In this document: one piece after another, positions 9,294-19,637 of the stretch
Numbering within the stretch: position 1 is the stretch's first letter
How the letters are laid out: each line of letters begins with the position of its first letter
Virus record (IMG/VR): IMGVR_UViG_3300042519_004024
Location: 124,001 to 188,000 of that record
Length of the DNA: 64,000 nucleotides
Reading direction: 5' to 3' (one strand)
Position numbers and translations under genes: made by a program
Notes under the pieces: model-generated
What the model was told of the DNA's origin: nothing
The model's input: only the letters and a program-made list of their open reading frames with translations
Databases searched by the model: none

Positions 9294-9294
9294 T

Positions 9295-9504
9295 TTATGT
9301 ACAATTTACTAATTCAAAATACTCACATCCTGTTGAATCGATAGTTTTAACCATTAATGTATTCGCACTTGAATAGAAGGGGTTAAGTGTATAAGTTCCT
9401 CCCGTTGTACTTATTAGATAACAGTTATTTCCATATTCATCACATAGATAAATACTTAATGGTGGTGTTCCACCTGTTGTTCCTGATATAGTAATAACAC
9501 TCAT
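9295..9504 (-). CDS. Small SprB/Ig-like protein, third paralogue lacking the FMDG tail
   Basis: GGTPPLSIYLCD...LMVKTIDSTGC; tightly coupled to its neighbours. Confidence 0.65.
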   Translation of the reverse strand: MSVITISGTTGGTPPLSIYLCDEYGNNCYLISTTGGTYTLNPFYSSANTLMVKTIDSTGCEYFELVNCT

Positions 9505-11981
9505 TATTGATAAACTAATATGAATCCATCTTCAGTCATCATAAAATAACTGTCTTCGGTTAATATTATAAATGTGTCTCCACAGTCATCTTGACAAGTC
9601 ACGTCATAATCAATTTTTAATCTTAGGTTAAAAATACAATCAGCCAATGGATCTTCATCACCATTACATTTAGAAACAATTTCAAGAGTGTTTGTCAATA
9701 AATCAACAGTATAACTTTGTATGTTTGGTATACTACTTAAAATACCTTCGATTGTTGATTGCCAAAGGGTGTCTTGTGGAATATCATTTAACGTAGTTGC
9801 AGTATAGAAAGGCACAGTGTATGTAGTATCACCGGATTGACAATCGGCGTACACTAAGAAATCACCATTTTCTGTTGTAATCGTAAATACGTCTTCAGTT
9901 AAAATAAAACACGTATCTCCCGATCCAGGACAATCGATTTCTATTTCACAACTAAACACCGCACCACTAAAACTACAACCTGAGTATCCCGAAATGATAT
10001 CAACATATCCTTCATTTAACATCTCTGAAAGTCCTCTTTTTGTCCCAACAGTTGTGGTAAAAGTACTATTACAAACATTAAATAGTTGGTAGGATGTTGG
10101 TGCGATTCCGTTACATATTATTGTAAAATATTGTATATCGTAACAACCGTTACTATCTGTTATTTCGACATAATAATTACCAGCAGATAATCCCGTAACT
10201 GTTGAACCTGTTTGTCCATTACTCCAATTATATGTGAATGTAGGTTCTCCCTGATATATAACAACCTCGGCAAATCCATCATTACCGTTTACACAATCAA
10301 CTTTTTGTATTGATGTAACTAATTGTCCGCTAGTTGTTATTGTAAATCCTGTCGATACTGCACATCCGACACTATCTGTAACCGTTATTGTATAGTTACC
10401 AGGTAATAAGTTATTATATGTTACTGCAGTTGTTGTTGTATCAATTAAAGTGTCACCATTACTTAACACATAATCTAATACACCACTATAACCACTATAC
10501 ACCTCAATATATGCAACTCCGTTTGAAACCCCACAAGTTGATCCGGTAGTTGTTGCACTTACCGTAAATTTTTGAGTAGAATTTATATTTATTGTTGTTG
10601 TATATTCACAGGCAGTTCCTGAACCTGAAATCGTTAAAACATAAGTATCATTTTGTAAATTTGTAAAATTATTAGTCTGATTTAAACTAGTGTTTTGAAT
10701 AACTTGATTTGAATTTTGTCCCGATAGTGTATAAGTATAGTATCCACCCAAACCAGCAATCTGTACGTCAATCTCACCATTATTTTGATTACAGTCTGAG
10801 TTGGTGACAATTATGTCGACTACATTAAATCCTCCTACGGGACTTAGAAACCCGCTTAATGTTGTTTCACAAAAATTAGCATCTCTTACAACTACTTGGT
10901 AGGTTCCTGCAGCTAAATTTGTTAATGTAAACGTGTTTGAAAGTGTGTATCCAACCTGCGCAGTTGATGCGGAATAATAAAAAGGTGCGGTTCCTCCTGT
11001 TAAAATATATGTTAAACTACCATCCGAAGCAAAACAAGAAGGTGTGGACGCACTTAATAATCCAATCCCTAATGGTGCCGCGTTTCCAACATATTCACTT
11101 TTTGTTAGTTCACATCCATTCGCATCAGTCACAGTACAAGTATATACTCCTTGTGTTAGTCCTGTTATTAATTGTGTTGTTTCACCATTACTCCATAAAT
11201 ACGTATAAGGCCCCGTACCCGTTAAACCTGTTACCGCTAACTTACCTTTATCAATAACACAATTTGAGGTGTTAACAACCCAAAACCCATAATCTAAAGA
11301 AGTACTTGCAGATATTATAGCATTTTCAGTGTTAGCAGTGGTACCACCTGAATCAAAAACAGTAGCATAATAAATACCACTAGGTAAACCGTTAAAATCG
11401 TATGGTAAAGTTCCTGTTGTTTCTACATCGTAAGGAACACCGTCTTGATAAAGAAGAATAGTGTATGGTGCACCTGAAGATGTTGCACTTATAGTCAAAA
11501 ATCCTGTATCTTGACCACAAGTAGTGCCCGATGCAGTAACCACATTCGCCTCAAAACATCCTGTTACATTAACATTAATATATAATTCATTATTTTGTAA
11601 ATTAAGAGTATCATTTAATCTGAACACATAAGTACCACCCGTTAATCCTGTAAATGTTATAGGTGAACTACTTGTTTGAGCGGTTAAAGTTCCCGGAATA
11701 ATATTATCAATTGTGTATGGTGCAACACCACCATATGAAGTGAAAGTTACACTACCTGTTGCTGCGGAGCAAACCCCCGTAACTTGGAATCCGTAACTAA
11801 GTGGTCCTGATGTACATGTTTGAGTACAAGTCACCCCTGTAGCAATATAAACTCCTCTTGCCGAACCGGAAAATGATTCATCTATACATATACTTTCACC
11901 AAGTGAAACACCGAATTGGTATAATCCACAACAATCAATATATTCATAAACACCATCGGTTAAACCTGATATACAAGCCAT
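9504..11981 (-). CDS. SprB-repeat adhesin-like virion protein
   Basis: Repeated GxxPY(T/Y)YxWSNGxTxxxITGLxxGxYxxTVTDxNGC units, e.g. GPYTYLWSNGETTQLITGLTQGVYTCTVTDANGC and PTFTYNWSNGQTGSTVTGLSAGNYYVEITDSNGC. Confidence 0.8.
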   Translation of the reverse strand: MACISGLTDGVYEYIDCCGLYQFGVSLGESICIDESFSGSARGVYIATGVTCTQTCTSGPLSYGFQVTGVCSAATGSVTFTSYGGVAPYTIDNIIPGTLTAQTSSSPITFTGLTGGTYVFRLNDTLNLQNNELYINVNVTGCFEANVVTASGTTCGQDTGFLTISATSSGAPYTILLYQDGVPYDVETTGTLPYDFNGLPSGIYYATVFDSGGTTANTENAIISASTSLDYGFWVVNTSNCVIDKGKLAVTGLTGTGPYTYLWSNGETTQLITGLTQGVYTCTVTDANGCELTKSEYVGNAAPLGIGLLSASTPSCFASDGSLTYILTGGTAPFYYSASTAQVGYTLSNTFTLTNLAAGTYQVVVRDANFCETTLSGFLSPVGGFNVVDIIVTNSDCNQNNGEIDVQIAGLGGYYTYTLSGQNSNQVIQNTSLNQTNNFTNLQNDTYVLTISGSGTACEYTTTININSTQKFTVSATTTGSTCGVSNGVAYIEVYSGYSGVLDYVLSNGDTLIDTTTTAVTYNNLLPGNYTITVTDSVGCAVSTGFTITTSGQLVTSIQKVDCVNGNDGFAEVVIYQGEPTFTYNWSNGQTGSTVTGLSAGNYYVEITDSNGCYDIQYFTIICNGIAPTSYQLFNVCNSTFTTTVGTKRGLSEMLNEGYVDIISGYSGCSFSGAVFSCEIEIDCPGSGDTCFILTEDVFTITTENGDFLVYADCQSGDTTYTVPFYTATTLNDIPQDTLWQSTIEGILSSIPNIQSYTVDLLTNTLEIVSKCNGDEDPLADCIFNLRLKIDYDVTCQDDCGDTFIILTEDSYFMMTEDGFILVYQ

Positions 11982-12012
11982 ATTATTTTTTTTTAATTTA
12001 TATTTTTATTTA

Positions 12013-14964
12013 TCATGGTGTTACCGATTGGGTACAATTAATTTGTAAATCAACACCGATATTTAAATAAAGTGTTTTATTTGTAAAATTATCATAACAC
12101 GTAGAATTACTAACAATTAGTGTACTTCCCGCAAAATAATAATTAAGTCCATAATTATATAACCCCACCAAATATGTATTTGCCGCATTTGAAAAATCAG
12201 TGAGTGTCGGATATCCGGATATTCCGTATCCCGTATAAAACTGTTCTTGTATCAATACTTGAGAATCTAATCGACAATCAATATACCAATTAGTAACAAT
12301 ACTATTCAAATCACAATCACTTTGTGTAAAACCACTATTAGTTAACACATTGTTTAGTGCAAAGTTTAAAACTGCTGCCGGATCAACTTTAGTCTCACAT
12401 TTTAGTGTTTGATCAATACAATCATAACTAAACGGTTCACCATTATATGTACAAGGAATACAGGCAACAGGTATAAACGCACAACCTCTTTGTCTTCTCC
12501 AAACAAATTTTTGTCTGTGGAAAATAGAATTTTCCATCTTTTGTCCTGTTAACCATAATGTTGTTCCAGGTACCACTTGTTCTAAAAGTCTTTGCCAATG
12601 ATCCCCTAATCCTAAAGTATAGTCAATCATCTTTTGGTAAGTAAATTTATTAGAAGGTATGCCCACTGTTTGTTCAGACTCTAAATACCTCCAATAAACT
12701 GACTGTAGTGTTGGGTATCCTCCTGTTTTACCATCAAATATTGTTTGTCTATTTCTTACATTAATAAAATTATTATAGAAACTTTGAGCGAACTCAAAGA
12801 ATGTTTTTTCTTTTGGTTTTGGATTAATAAAAGTCCAATCCACGTTTCCTGGGTAAGGGTATGGTGCGGTTAATCCTGAATTTGGTATTGGGTAATTATA
12901 CTTAACGGACATATCCCAAATGTCATAAGTAATACCTTGCCCCATATTAACATATACCTCAATATTTTTTGAATTAATAATTAACCTATCGTCACTAACA
13001 GTATAGTCAACACCATTAAAATTAGAATTATCTTTTCTATTTCCAATGTCATTAACCGCCCAAGATTTTTGGTTGTCATTTATTTTTGTTAGAGTATATC
13101 CTTCAGCAATGTCAGGAAAATCTCTAAATCTATCCATATATTCCTGTCCATAACTAAACGGTTTTAATGATGATATTAGATATGGATTTGTTGGATTAAA
13201 CGATGAATTGGCTGAATCCGCCACTTCAGGTGAACGATGTTTTGGGCTTTTTTCAAACCACCCAGCACCTTTTTGAAAAAAGTTATCGTCTGTAGTTGCA
13301 GGACTTTGTGGGTAACCGTCGGCACCAATACCATAATCTTCAAGTGTTGTTGATATTAAATTTATAACTCCACTCGTAGTGTATCCAGTATATATGTTAC
13401 CCATAATACTAAATGTATTTGCCGGATCTAACACAGGTGTTTCTACATATGAGGTACCTCCCGATATCTGACAATATTTTTCATAAAATTCATTATAGTT
13501 AATTTTGGTGTCCGCCAAATACACCACCTCATTAAATTCAAGTAATGCTTCAGGAGCACCAACAAATCTCATTATATATTCTAATGATTGTCTAGTCCCT
13601 TTTGTTCTAAACATATAAGCCGAATTTAATATTATATTTCTATAATATTCATAATTTAACTCTGTTGGTGTTGATGATACCGCCTGTCCCGGAAAAACTT
13701 GTTTTGCGTTAGGATCAAACACCGCATTAACAAAACTTTCATTTGTTATTGGTGAAATGTCCGAATTAATCCCTAAAGTTTGTGCTAAATTTGTTAATAA
13801 TTGTGATGGTATATCATTACCGACTTGGTAATTAACTGAATTCATGTATGCTAACGCATCTATAAATTTTTTAACTTCGTCAAAACTTCTACCGTAAATT
13901 TGTAATACTTTTTCTATTTTTTGATCCGAAGTATCAAATTCCTTAAAAGAACCTGTAATTAAAAAACGACTTATTAAGTCTGTTTTATATTCATCTAATT
14001 TTTCAGCAATTGATTGTATATCTGAAAGATATTTTTCAAACTTAGATCCATTAATATTTAAATTCCAATATTTGTCTAAAGGCCAAGTAACGGTTTTACT
14101 AAATAGTGTATATTTACCAGCTGAATCATAATCAGGGTAAGTAAATTTGGCACTATATTTAGGAAAAACATAACGATTTAATAAAAAATCTTCAACCTCA
14201 TCAAAATTATTTAAAAACTCTTTTTCTGTAACTTCATTATTAGGTTTAATAACTAAATTAAATGTTGATGCTGATTGTTCAGGAAACATTTCACCTTTAA
14301 CTGTTACGGTTAAAGTTCCTCCTGTCATATTCTCAACAGGAATCATATCTGTTATTTGATATTCAGTACTAAGATCCCTAAAATATACCGCATAATCTTC
14401 AAAATTATTAGTCATGTCACGATAAGGACTAACAGGTATTGGTCTTGTTGATACATTTCTCGCAGCATTATCAGAATAATCAATACTGAATGGGTTATAA
14501 ATTAAACCACTATCAATATCAAAAGTCGTTTCATCATTTTTTCTGTCGTACGTAATATTATATGCAGTGTTACCTGTATATAAACCTGAAGCTTGTCTTG
14601 GGTAGACTTCTAATCCGGCAGGAAAATAATTAATTATTTTTATTATGGATGTTGACAATCTTTTTTGTAATGATCCATATAATGAAAAACTTGTTATTTC
14701 AGAGATATCAAAATTAGGATAAACCTTAAAAGTTTTTTCAATAATTTTTTTTATTTCTTGTATATTATCAATTTTAAGATTCTCTAAAGTATAAGGATTA
14801 GAGAATACGCCGGTATCAAACTTTCTATTTGTTTTTTCGTATATAGCACTTGTAAACTCAAAGTTACCCTGCGTCAAACCACCCCCATCAACAATCTGAA
14901 GTCCTACTATATTATCGGAAAAGGTTTTTACTCCTCCAGGTGGGAAAAAAATTTTATTTGCCAT
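12013..14964 (-). CDS. Baseplate wedge protein (T4 gp7/P2 gpI-like domain)
   Basis: LLTNLAQTLGI...YYRNIILNSAYMFRTKGTRQSLEYIMRFVG resembles the gpI/gp7 KGT motif; located in the baseplate cluster. Confidence 0.55.
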   Translation of the reverse strand: MANKIFFPPGGVKTFSDNIVGLQIVDGGGLTQGNFEFTSAIYEKTNRKFDTGVFSNPYTLENLKIDNIQEIKKIIEKTFKVYPNFDISEITSFSLYGSLQKRLSTSIIKIINYFPAGLEVYPRQASGLYTGNTAYNITYDRKNDETTFDIDSGLIYNPFSIDYSDNAARNVSTRPIPVSPYRDMTNNFEDYAVYFRDLSTEYQITDMIPVENMTGGTLTVTVKGEMFPEQSASTFNLVIKPNNEVTEKEFLNNFDEVEDFLLNRYVFPKYSAKFTYPDYDSAGKYTLFSKTVTWPLDKYWNLNINGSKFEKYLSDIQSIAEKLDEYKTDLISRFLITGSFKEFDTSDQKIEKVLQIYGRSFDEVKKFIDALAYMNSVNYQVGNDIPSQLLTNLAQTLGINSDISPITNESFVNAVFDPNAKQVFPGQAVSSTPTELNYEYYRNIILNSAYMFRTKGTRQSLEYIMRFVGAPEALLEFNEVVYLADTKINYNEFYEKYCQISGGTSYVETPVLDPANTFSIMGNIYTGYTTSGVINLISTTLEDYGIGADGYPQSPATTDDNFFQKGAGWFEKSPKHRSPEVADSANSSFNPTNPYLISSLKPFSYGQEYMDRFRDFPDIAEGYTLTKINDNQKSWAVNDIGNRKDNSNFNGVDYTVSDDRLIINSKNIEVYVNMGQGITYDIWDMSVKYNYPIPNSGLTAPYPYPGNVDWTFINPKPKEKTFFEFAQSFYNNFINVRNRQTIFDGKTGGYPTLQSVYWRYLESEQTVGIPSNKFTYQKMIDYTLGLGDHWQRLLEQVVPGTTLWLTGQKMENSIFHRQKFVWRRQRGCAFIPVACIPCTYNGEPFSYDCIDQTLKCETKVDPAAVLNFALNNVLTNSGFTQSDCDLNSIVTNWYIDCRLDSQVLIQEQFYTGYGISGYPTLTDFSNAANTYLVGLYNYGLNYYFAGSTLIVSNSTCYDNFTNKTLYLNIGVDLQINCTQSVTP

Positions 14965-15872
14965 TAACTAATAATATTTGTGAAATTTTTACTAAAGTCT
15001 ATATTATTACCTCTATCTTGTCTAACCTCATAAAGTAACTCATTAAAGTTATCTCTAACCTCAAATAAGTTGTATTGTTTGTATATATTACCTCCACTAT
15101 CGTATAACGTGTAAATACCATCTTCAATACTCTTAGTTTGATTACCGTAAAGTGCGATTGCAATTGTATCTAAATCGTAATCCGCCATTTGTATATCTAT
15201 GGTTATTGGGTTAAAAAATGTGTTAGTAACAATAATATTTTGATTTGGTTGCCCAATAAAAGGTGTTGCGTTTGGTTTATTTGTTGGTGATGATGATGGT
15301 GATAAAGTACAAAATACTAAATCACTTCCTCCATCAACATATCTATATCTTATACTTTTCTGTGATGAATTAACTTGTTCAGTCACTACAGGTTCACAAA
15401 AAAATGATGAGGTTACTATTCTATAAAAATTAGGTATTTTTGTACCGTCTTGATTTAGGTATTCAACTCTATACCCAACAAGTCCTTGGTTTGTAAATTT
15501 ATTTCTAAATTGTGATGGTACCTGATTGATGTCTATTACGATACCTTTAACATTAGGTAGTGCAGATAAAATCCCACAATCACTAATAGTTGTTCTTATT
15601 TCTGCAGGACGTAAATAAACAGTATAAATTCCTTTTTTATTAAATTCCGATGCCGGTAATTTTAAACTATACAATCCACCTAATATTTCAACATTGGCAT
15701 TTCCACCTGTATTTGAGTTGTGAAAATACGGTGTTAAAATACTTCTTGAATTTAATTTTTTTAATAGAAAGTTATCTGTAACATCTCTTGATACGGTATA
15801 ATGTAATATTATATCAACGTCGTCAGGTGATACGTCAGCGGGTCTAACAATTCCATAAGTTCCTAATGCCAT
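14964..15872 (-). CDS. Hypothetical structural protein
   Basis: 302-aa ORF, coupled to 12013..14964, TATTTATA upstream. Confidence 0.55.
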   Translation of the reverse strand: MALGTYGIVRPADVSPDDVDIILHYTVSRDVTDNFLLKKLNSRSILTPYFHNSNTGGNANVEILGGLYSLKLPASEFNKKGIYTVYLRPAEIRTTISDCGILSALPNVKGIVIDINQVPSQFRNKFTNQGLVGYRVEYLNQDGTKIPNFYRIVTSSFFCEPVVTEQVNSSQKSIRYRYVDGGSDLVFCTLSPSSSPTNKPNATPFIGQPNQNIIVTNTFFNPITIDIQMADYDLDTIAIALYGNQTKSIEDGIYTLYDSGGNIYKQYNLFEVRDNFNELLYEVRQDRGNNIDFSKNFTNIIS

Positions 15873-15882
15873 TTTTTTATTT

Positions 15883-15890
15883 TATAAATA
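15883..15890 (-). promoter_or_regulatory. TATTTATA putative late-promoter motif
   Basis: 10 nt upstream of the ATG at 15872. Confidence 0.55.
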
Positions 15891-15905
15891 GTTTATATTG
15901 TTTTT

Positions 15906-17048
15906 TTATGTTGTCTTTATTCTATAATATCCATAACCATATCTTACAAGGTCACCAATATTATCCACCTCACCCAATCTTTGTAATGGTTCAAATGCTG
16001 AATATTTACCCCTCTCTATATAGACATCTGTTTGTATTTCTGGTGACATAACAAAATCAAGTAAGTACTCATTTTTTGTCATGGCAGATGCAACAATATC
16101 ATTTGACGTAATACCACTACTATTAACAATATAAAAAGTTTTACCATTAACTAAATCATAATAATTAACATTATTGATTGTGTAAGCAGTAAAATCAGGA
16201 GTAATAGAATCAACTTGCCCAAACACTTGATTATTTTTATTAAACACGTAACCAACCGTATATGGTGTTGGTCCCCATCTTTTTAAATCTTGTAACCTCG
16301 AACTTGTAAATCCTGAAATAGGGAATGGTACTGTTGTAAAGTTACTTGATATCTGATATGGTATATTATTTTGTGCGTCACCATCAAAAATATAGTTATA
16401 TGATACAGGAATATTAGCCCAATTACCTTGTTGTGGTATAAATGTTATTGTTCCTTGTGGGTTAGTAACTACTGCAGGTACTAAAGGTATGGTAATCGGT
16501 TTTTGAATTATTGTCACACCCCAAGGGTTGCTACCAGATAATGAAATAGTATAATTACCGGCAGATGAGTATGTATGATTTAAGGATGTTGTTGTTAATG
16601 GTTGTGAAAACCCATCGCCCCAATCAACACTATATGTTGTAAAATCTAAATAACTTACAGTAAAATCACCAGAAGTATTAAATAACGTTACTTCATACGT
16701 ATTCAATATATTTGTACCTGAAAATAAAAAATTAGTTACAATATCTTTTTGTAACATTAATCCATCAAATTCAGAATAAAAACCAATATCATTATATGTT
16801 TGTGTAAATACAACAGGTATTGTTAACCCTGTCAATAAAGAGTCTCCGTTTGTTCCTCCACTTAATATGTAAGACATACCTGAGTACACATATATTGAGT
16901 CGGTTCTAAATAATTGGTTGGGTGTTGCCACGTCTAAACATGGTTGTTCTTCATAGTTATACCCCGTATCTGCGGTGTACACAAAACCAAATAAATCTAA
17001 TGAAAGATTTTCAGGTGAAATTAAAACACTATATTTTTCAGCTTCCAT
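15906..17048 (-). CDS. Structural protein with a PKD domain
   Basis: YSVDWGDG...NHTYSSAGNYTISLSGSN is the PKD signature. Confidence 0.65.
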   Translation of the reverse strand: MEAEKYSVLISPENLSLDLFGFVYTADTGYNYEEQPCLDVATPNQLFRTDSIYVYSGMSYILSGGTNGDSLLTGLTIPVVFTQTYNDIGFYSEFDGLMLQKDIVTNFLFSGTNILNTYEVTLFNTSGDFTVSYLDFTTYSVDWGDGFSQPLTTTSLNHTYSSAGNYTISLSGSNPWGVTIIQKPITIPLVPAVVTNPQGTITFIPQQGNWANIPVSYNYIFDGDAQNNIPYQISSNFTTVPFPISGFTSSRLQDLKRWGPTPYTVGYVFNKNNQVFGQVDSITPDFTAYTINNVNYYDLVNGKTFYIVNSSGITSNDIVASAMTKNEYLLDFVMSPEIQTDVYIERGKYSAFEPLQRLGEVDNIGDLVRYGYGYYRIKTT

Positions 17049-17893
17049 TATGGGTTAACGTATTCATACCACATTATAGCTTCAGAGGCTAAAGGACCAA
17101 CACCAACTCTTGATGTTGCAGGATATTCTCTATAAATTTTATATTCATATGTTAAATAATTAAAATCTACTTTATAATAAAAGAAGTCGGCTTTGTCAAA
17201 ATTGTAAACATTAGGTCCAACTAATGACGATTGTGGTGTATTCATCATTCTAATAAATTGTCCTTTTTTTGCATTAAAAAATTTAGCACTCATATAAAAA
17301 GTCGTGTTAGTTAAATATGATGGATTTTTTAACCAATAAAAAAAGAAACCTTCTTTATCGGCACCAACATAGTCAAGTAAATATTTAGGTTTTTTAACAT
17401 CAACTTGTGTTGGGTTTAAAATTGGTCCAATAAAACCTGGTTCTTTTAACCCTTGTTGTGTTGGTAACACAACTGAGAATAATATCTTTTGATTTTCAGA
17501 ATTTTTAGTATCATAAAAATCTAATTTAAAAAAACTACCTTTAAATGAGTTTGCAAAATAATAAATTTCACTATCGGTAAATGTCGCATATTGATAATCG
17601 TCTAACCAATTTGTTGCCGTTGGTGGTGTTGTAATTAAGTCTGTGGGTGCGGTTGGGTCGAAAAAATTAAACTGATAATAAATTTCTGTCTTATCTTGAT
17701 TTAAATCCCATGGTGCGTGTGCAAATTTTGTAGTTTCAAAATCATCAATACCGTTTATCGCTTTTTTTACAACATCAGCTTCATATTCTTCAACACCCAT
17801 ATCTCTACCTTCATTATCAAATGAAAGTTCAACAGGTATGATGATGTCTCTATCATTAACGTTAAGATTAAATCTATAATAATTATTATTCAC
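17048..17893 (-). CDS. Hypothetical structural protein
   Basis: 281-aa ORF overlapping both neighbours in the structural operon. Confidence 0.55.
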   Translation of the reverse strand: MNNNYYRFNLNVNDRDIIIPVELSFDNEGRDMGVEEYEADVVKKAINGIDDFETTKFAHAPWDLNQDKTEIYYQFNFFDPTAPTDLITTPPTATNWLDDYQYATFTDSEIYYFANSFKGSFFKLDFYDTKNSENQKILFSVVLPTQQGLKEPGFIGPILNPTQVDVKKPKYLLDYVGADKEGFFFYWLKNPSYLTNTTFYMSAKFFNAKKGQFIRMMNTPQSSLVGPNVYNFDKADFFYYKVDFNYLTYEYKIYREYPATSRVGVGPLASEAIMWYEYVNP

Positions 17894-19637
17894 AATCGTC
17901 GTTAGTTGGTTCGTTTATTAGGTTTGTTGTTACAATATTTGTTCGTTTTATTGGTTTTTGTAAAAATAGAATGTTATTAAATGGGTAGTGTGATCCATTT
18001 ATAAAAGGATAATCAACCCCTAACCCATCAGCATCTATGTAACCGTATGTGTAAATGTCCCTCCATATGAAAGTTTCATTATACTGTGAATACCAAGCAT
18101 AATTAGGTATATTGTCCACCGCACCTTTATTTCCATATTCTAAATAATCACTAAAAACCCTAATAGGTACTGGATAATGTGGTTCATATGCGTATCCACT
18201 AGGTAAAGTTAATGGTGAGTTATCTAAAAAATAAATAGGGTTAAATGAGTATTTGTGATATAAAGGTGAGATAACATACTCTTTTTGTTCCATATAATTA
18301 TATTCACAAAAATCACCCTTAATAACATCACCTATAGATAAGAATGAGTTATAATAAAAATATTGCCCACTACCGGTAGGGTACTCATATGTAGATAAAG
18401 GAATATTATCTTTATTTAATACGGATGTATGATCCCACCAGTTATCTACGTTGTTTCTTTGGAAATTAAATCCCCAACCAACATCTAAACCAACAACATT
18501 ACCGTTTTGGTTTGTTGCGGGTGGATTAAACCAACCCATATACCCTCTTTCTATGATAGTAACAAATAAATCAGTTACAGGTTTACCGTTATTATCTACC
18601 AATGGTTTTATATTTATGTCTCTATCAAACGTATAACTAAAAGTTTTTGATCCGTCCTTCACAGAAACTCTTTGTACTTGGTTTGGTGTTAATGCCGAAT
18701 ATTCCAATTTTGATTTAATAGGAAACGGATTTGTTTCAAACCCAGCCTGTGTTATGTTAACGTCTTCAACATTAGTTAATAGTTTATGTAATCTAACATA
18801 ATATTTTGATTTTGTTTCTCCACTGTTTTGTAAATTAGCAATCCTTTTAAAATTACCGTAAGTACCTGTAGCCACTTGTGTGGTTGGGAACTTCAAATCA
18901 TATATACTAAAAACTGTTTCTTCTGATCCGTAAGATCCATTACCAACACCGTAAACTTCAAAGATATTTCTACCCCCTAAACCTGAAGGGTTTGTTGGTA
19001 TAGATATTTCCACATTTTCTCCGGGTTTTAAATTATGTCTTGTTCCACAATTAAAATATACCAATGATTTACCATTAAAAGATGAGGTATCAATTACAAA
19101 TGGAATACCGTCAGACGCTATAAAATTATTAGTGACGTTAAACACTTCACTTGTATAAGCCATACTTTGTTGTGTATCACTACTAAAAGCGTATGTTAAA
19201 TAAACTGCCCAATTATATGTTGTTGAACTTTTTGCAACAAAAGGAACATGCCCTGTAATCCCCTTATTTCTAATAAAAGTAAACTCTTCAAATTGTGGGT
19301 AACCTTCCCAAGCAACCGAAGGGTTTGGTGGTGTGTTTGATGTCGCATTTGCGATAGCATTTGTATAATAAAGATCATCCCTATAAGGTGTGTAAGTTGT
19401 TTTACCGCTAACAGTATTATTAAATACATTTACTATTTTACCTGAAACCCTAAACTCTCCACTCTCTTGTCTTTCTTGATTAAATAATTCTTCTTGGTTT
19501 ATAGTTACCGACCTATCCCCCTCAACCATGGTTCTTCTATCACCAATTAATGGTGGTTGAATCCAAACGTCTTTGTCTGTATTGGATGCGTATCGTTTTG
19601 AACCTAAAACTATTAATATTTCATTTTCATTAGACAT
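17886..19637 (-). CDS. Hypothetical structural (tail/baseplate) protein
   Basis: 583-aa ORF with 8-nt overlaps to both neighbours. Confidence 0.55.
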   Translation of the reverse strand: MSNENEILIVLGSKRYASNTDKDVWIQPPLIGDRRTMVEGDRSVTINQEELFNQERQESGEFRVSGKIVNVFNNTVSGKTTYTPYRDDLYYTNAIANATSNTPPNPSVAWEGYPQFEEFTFIRNKGITGHVPFVAKSSTTYNWAVYLTYAFSSDTQQSMAYTSEVFNVTNNFIASDGIPFVIDTSSFNGKSLVYFNCGTRHNLKPGENVEISIPTNPSGLGGRNIFEVYGVGNGSYGSEETVFSIYDLKFPTTQVATGTYGNFKRIANLQNSGETKSKYYVRLHKLLTNVEDVNITQAGFETNPFPIKSKLEYSALTPNQVQRVSVKDGSKTFSYTFDRDINIKPLVDNNGKPVTDLFVTIIERGYMGWFNPPATNQNGNVVGLDVGWGFNFQRNNVDNWWDHTSVLNKDNIPLSTYEYPTGSGQYFYYNSFLSIGDVIKGDFCEYNYMEQKEYVISPLYHKYSFNPIYFLDNSPLTLPSGYAYEPHYPVPIRVFSDYLEYGNKGAVDNIPNYAWYSQYNETFIWRDIYTYGYIDADGLGVDYPFINGSHYPFNNILFLQKPIKRTNIVTTNLINEPTNDDCE

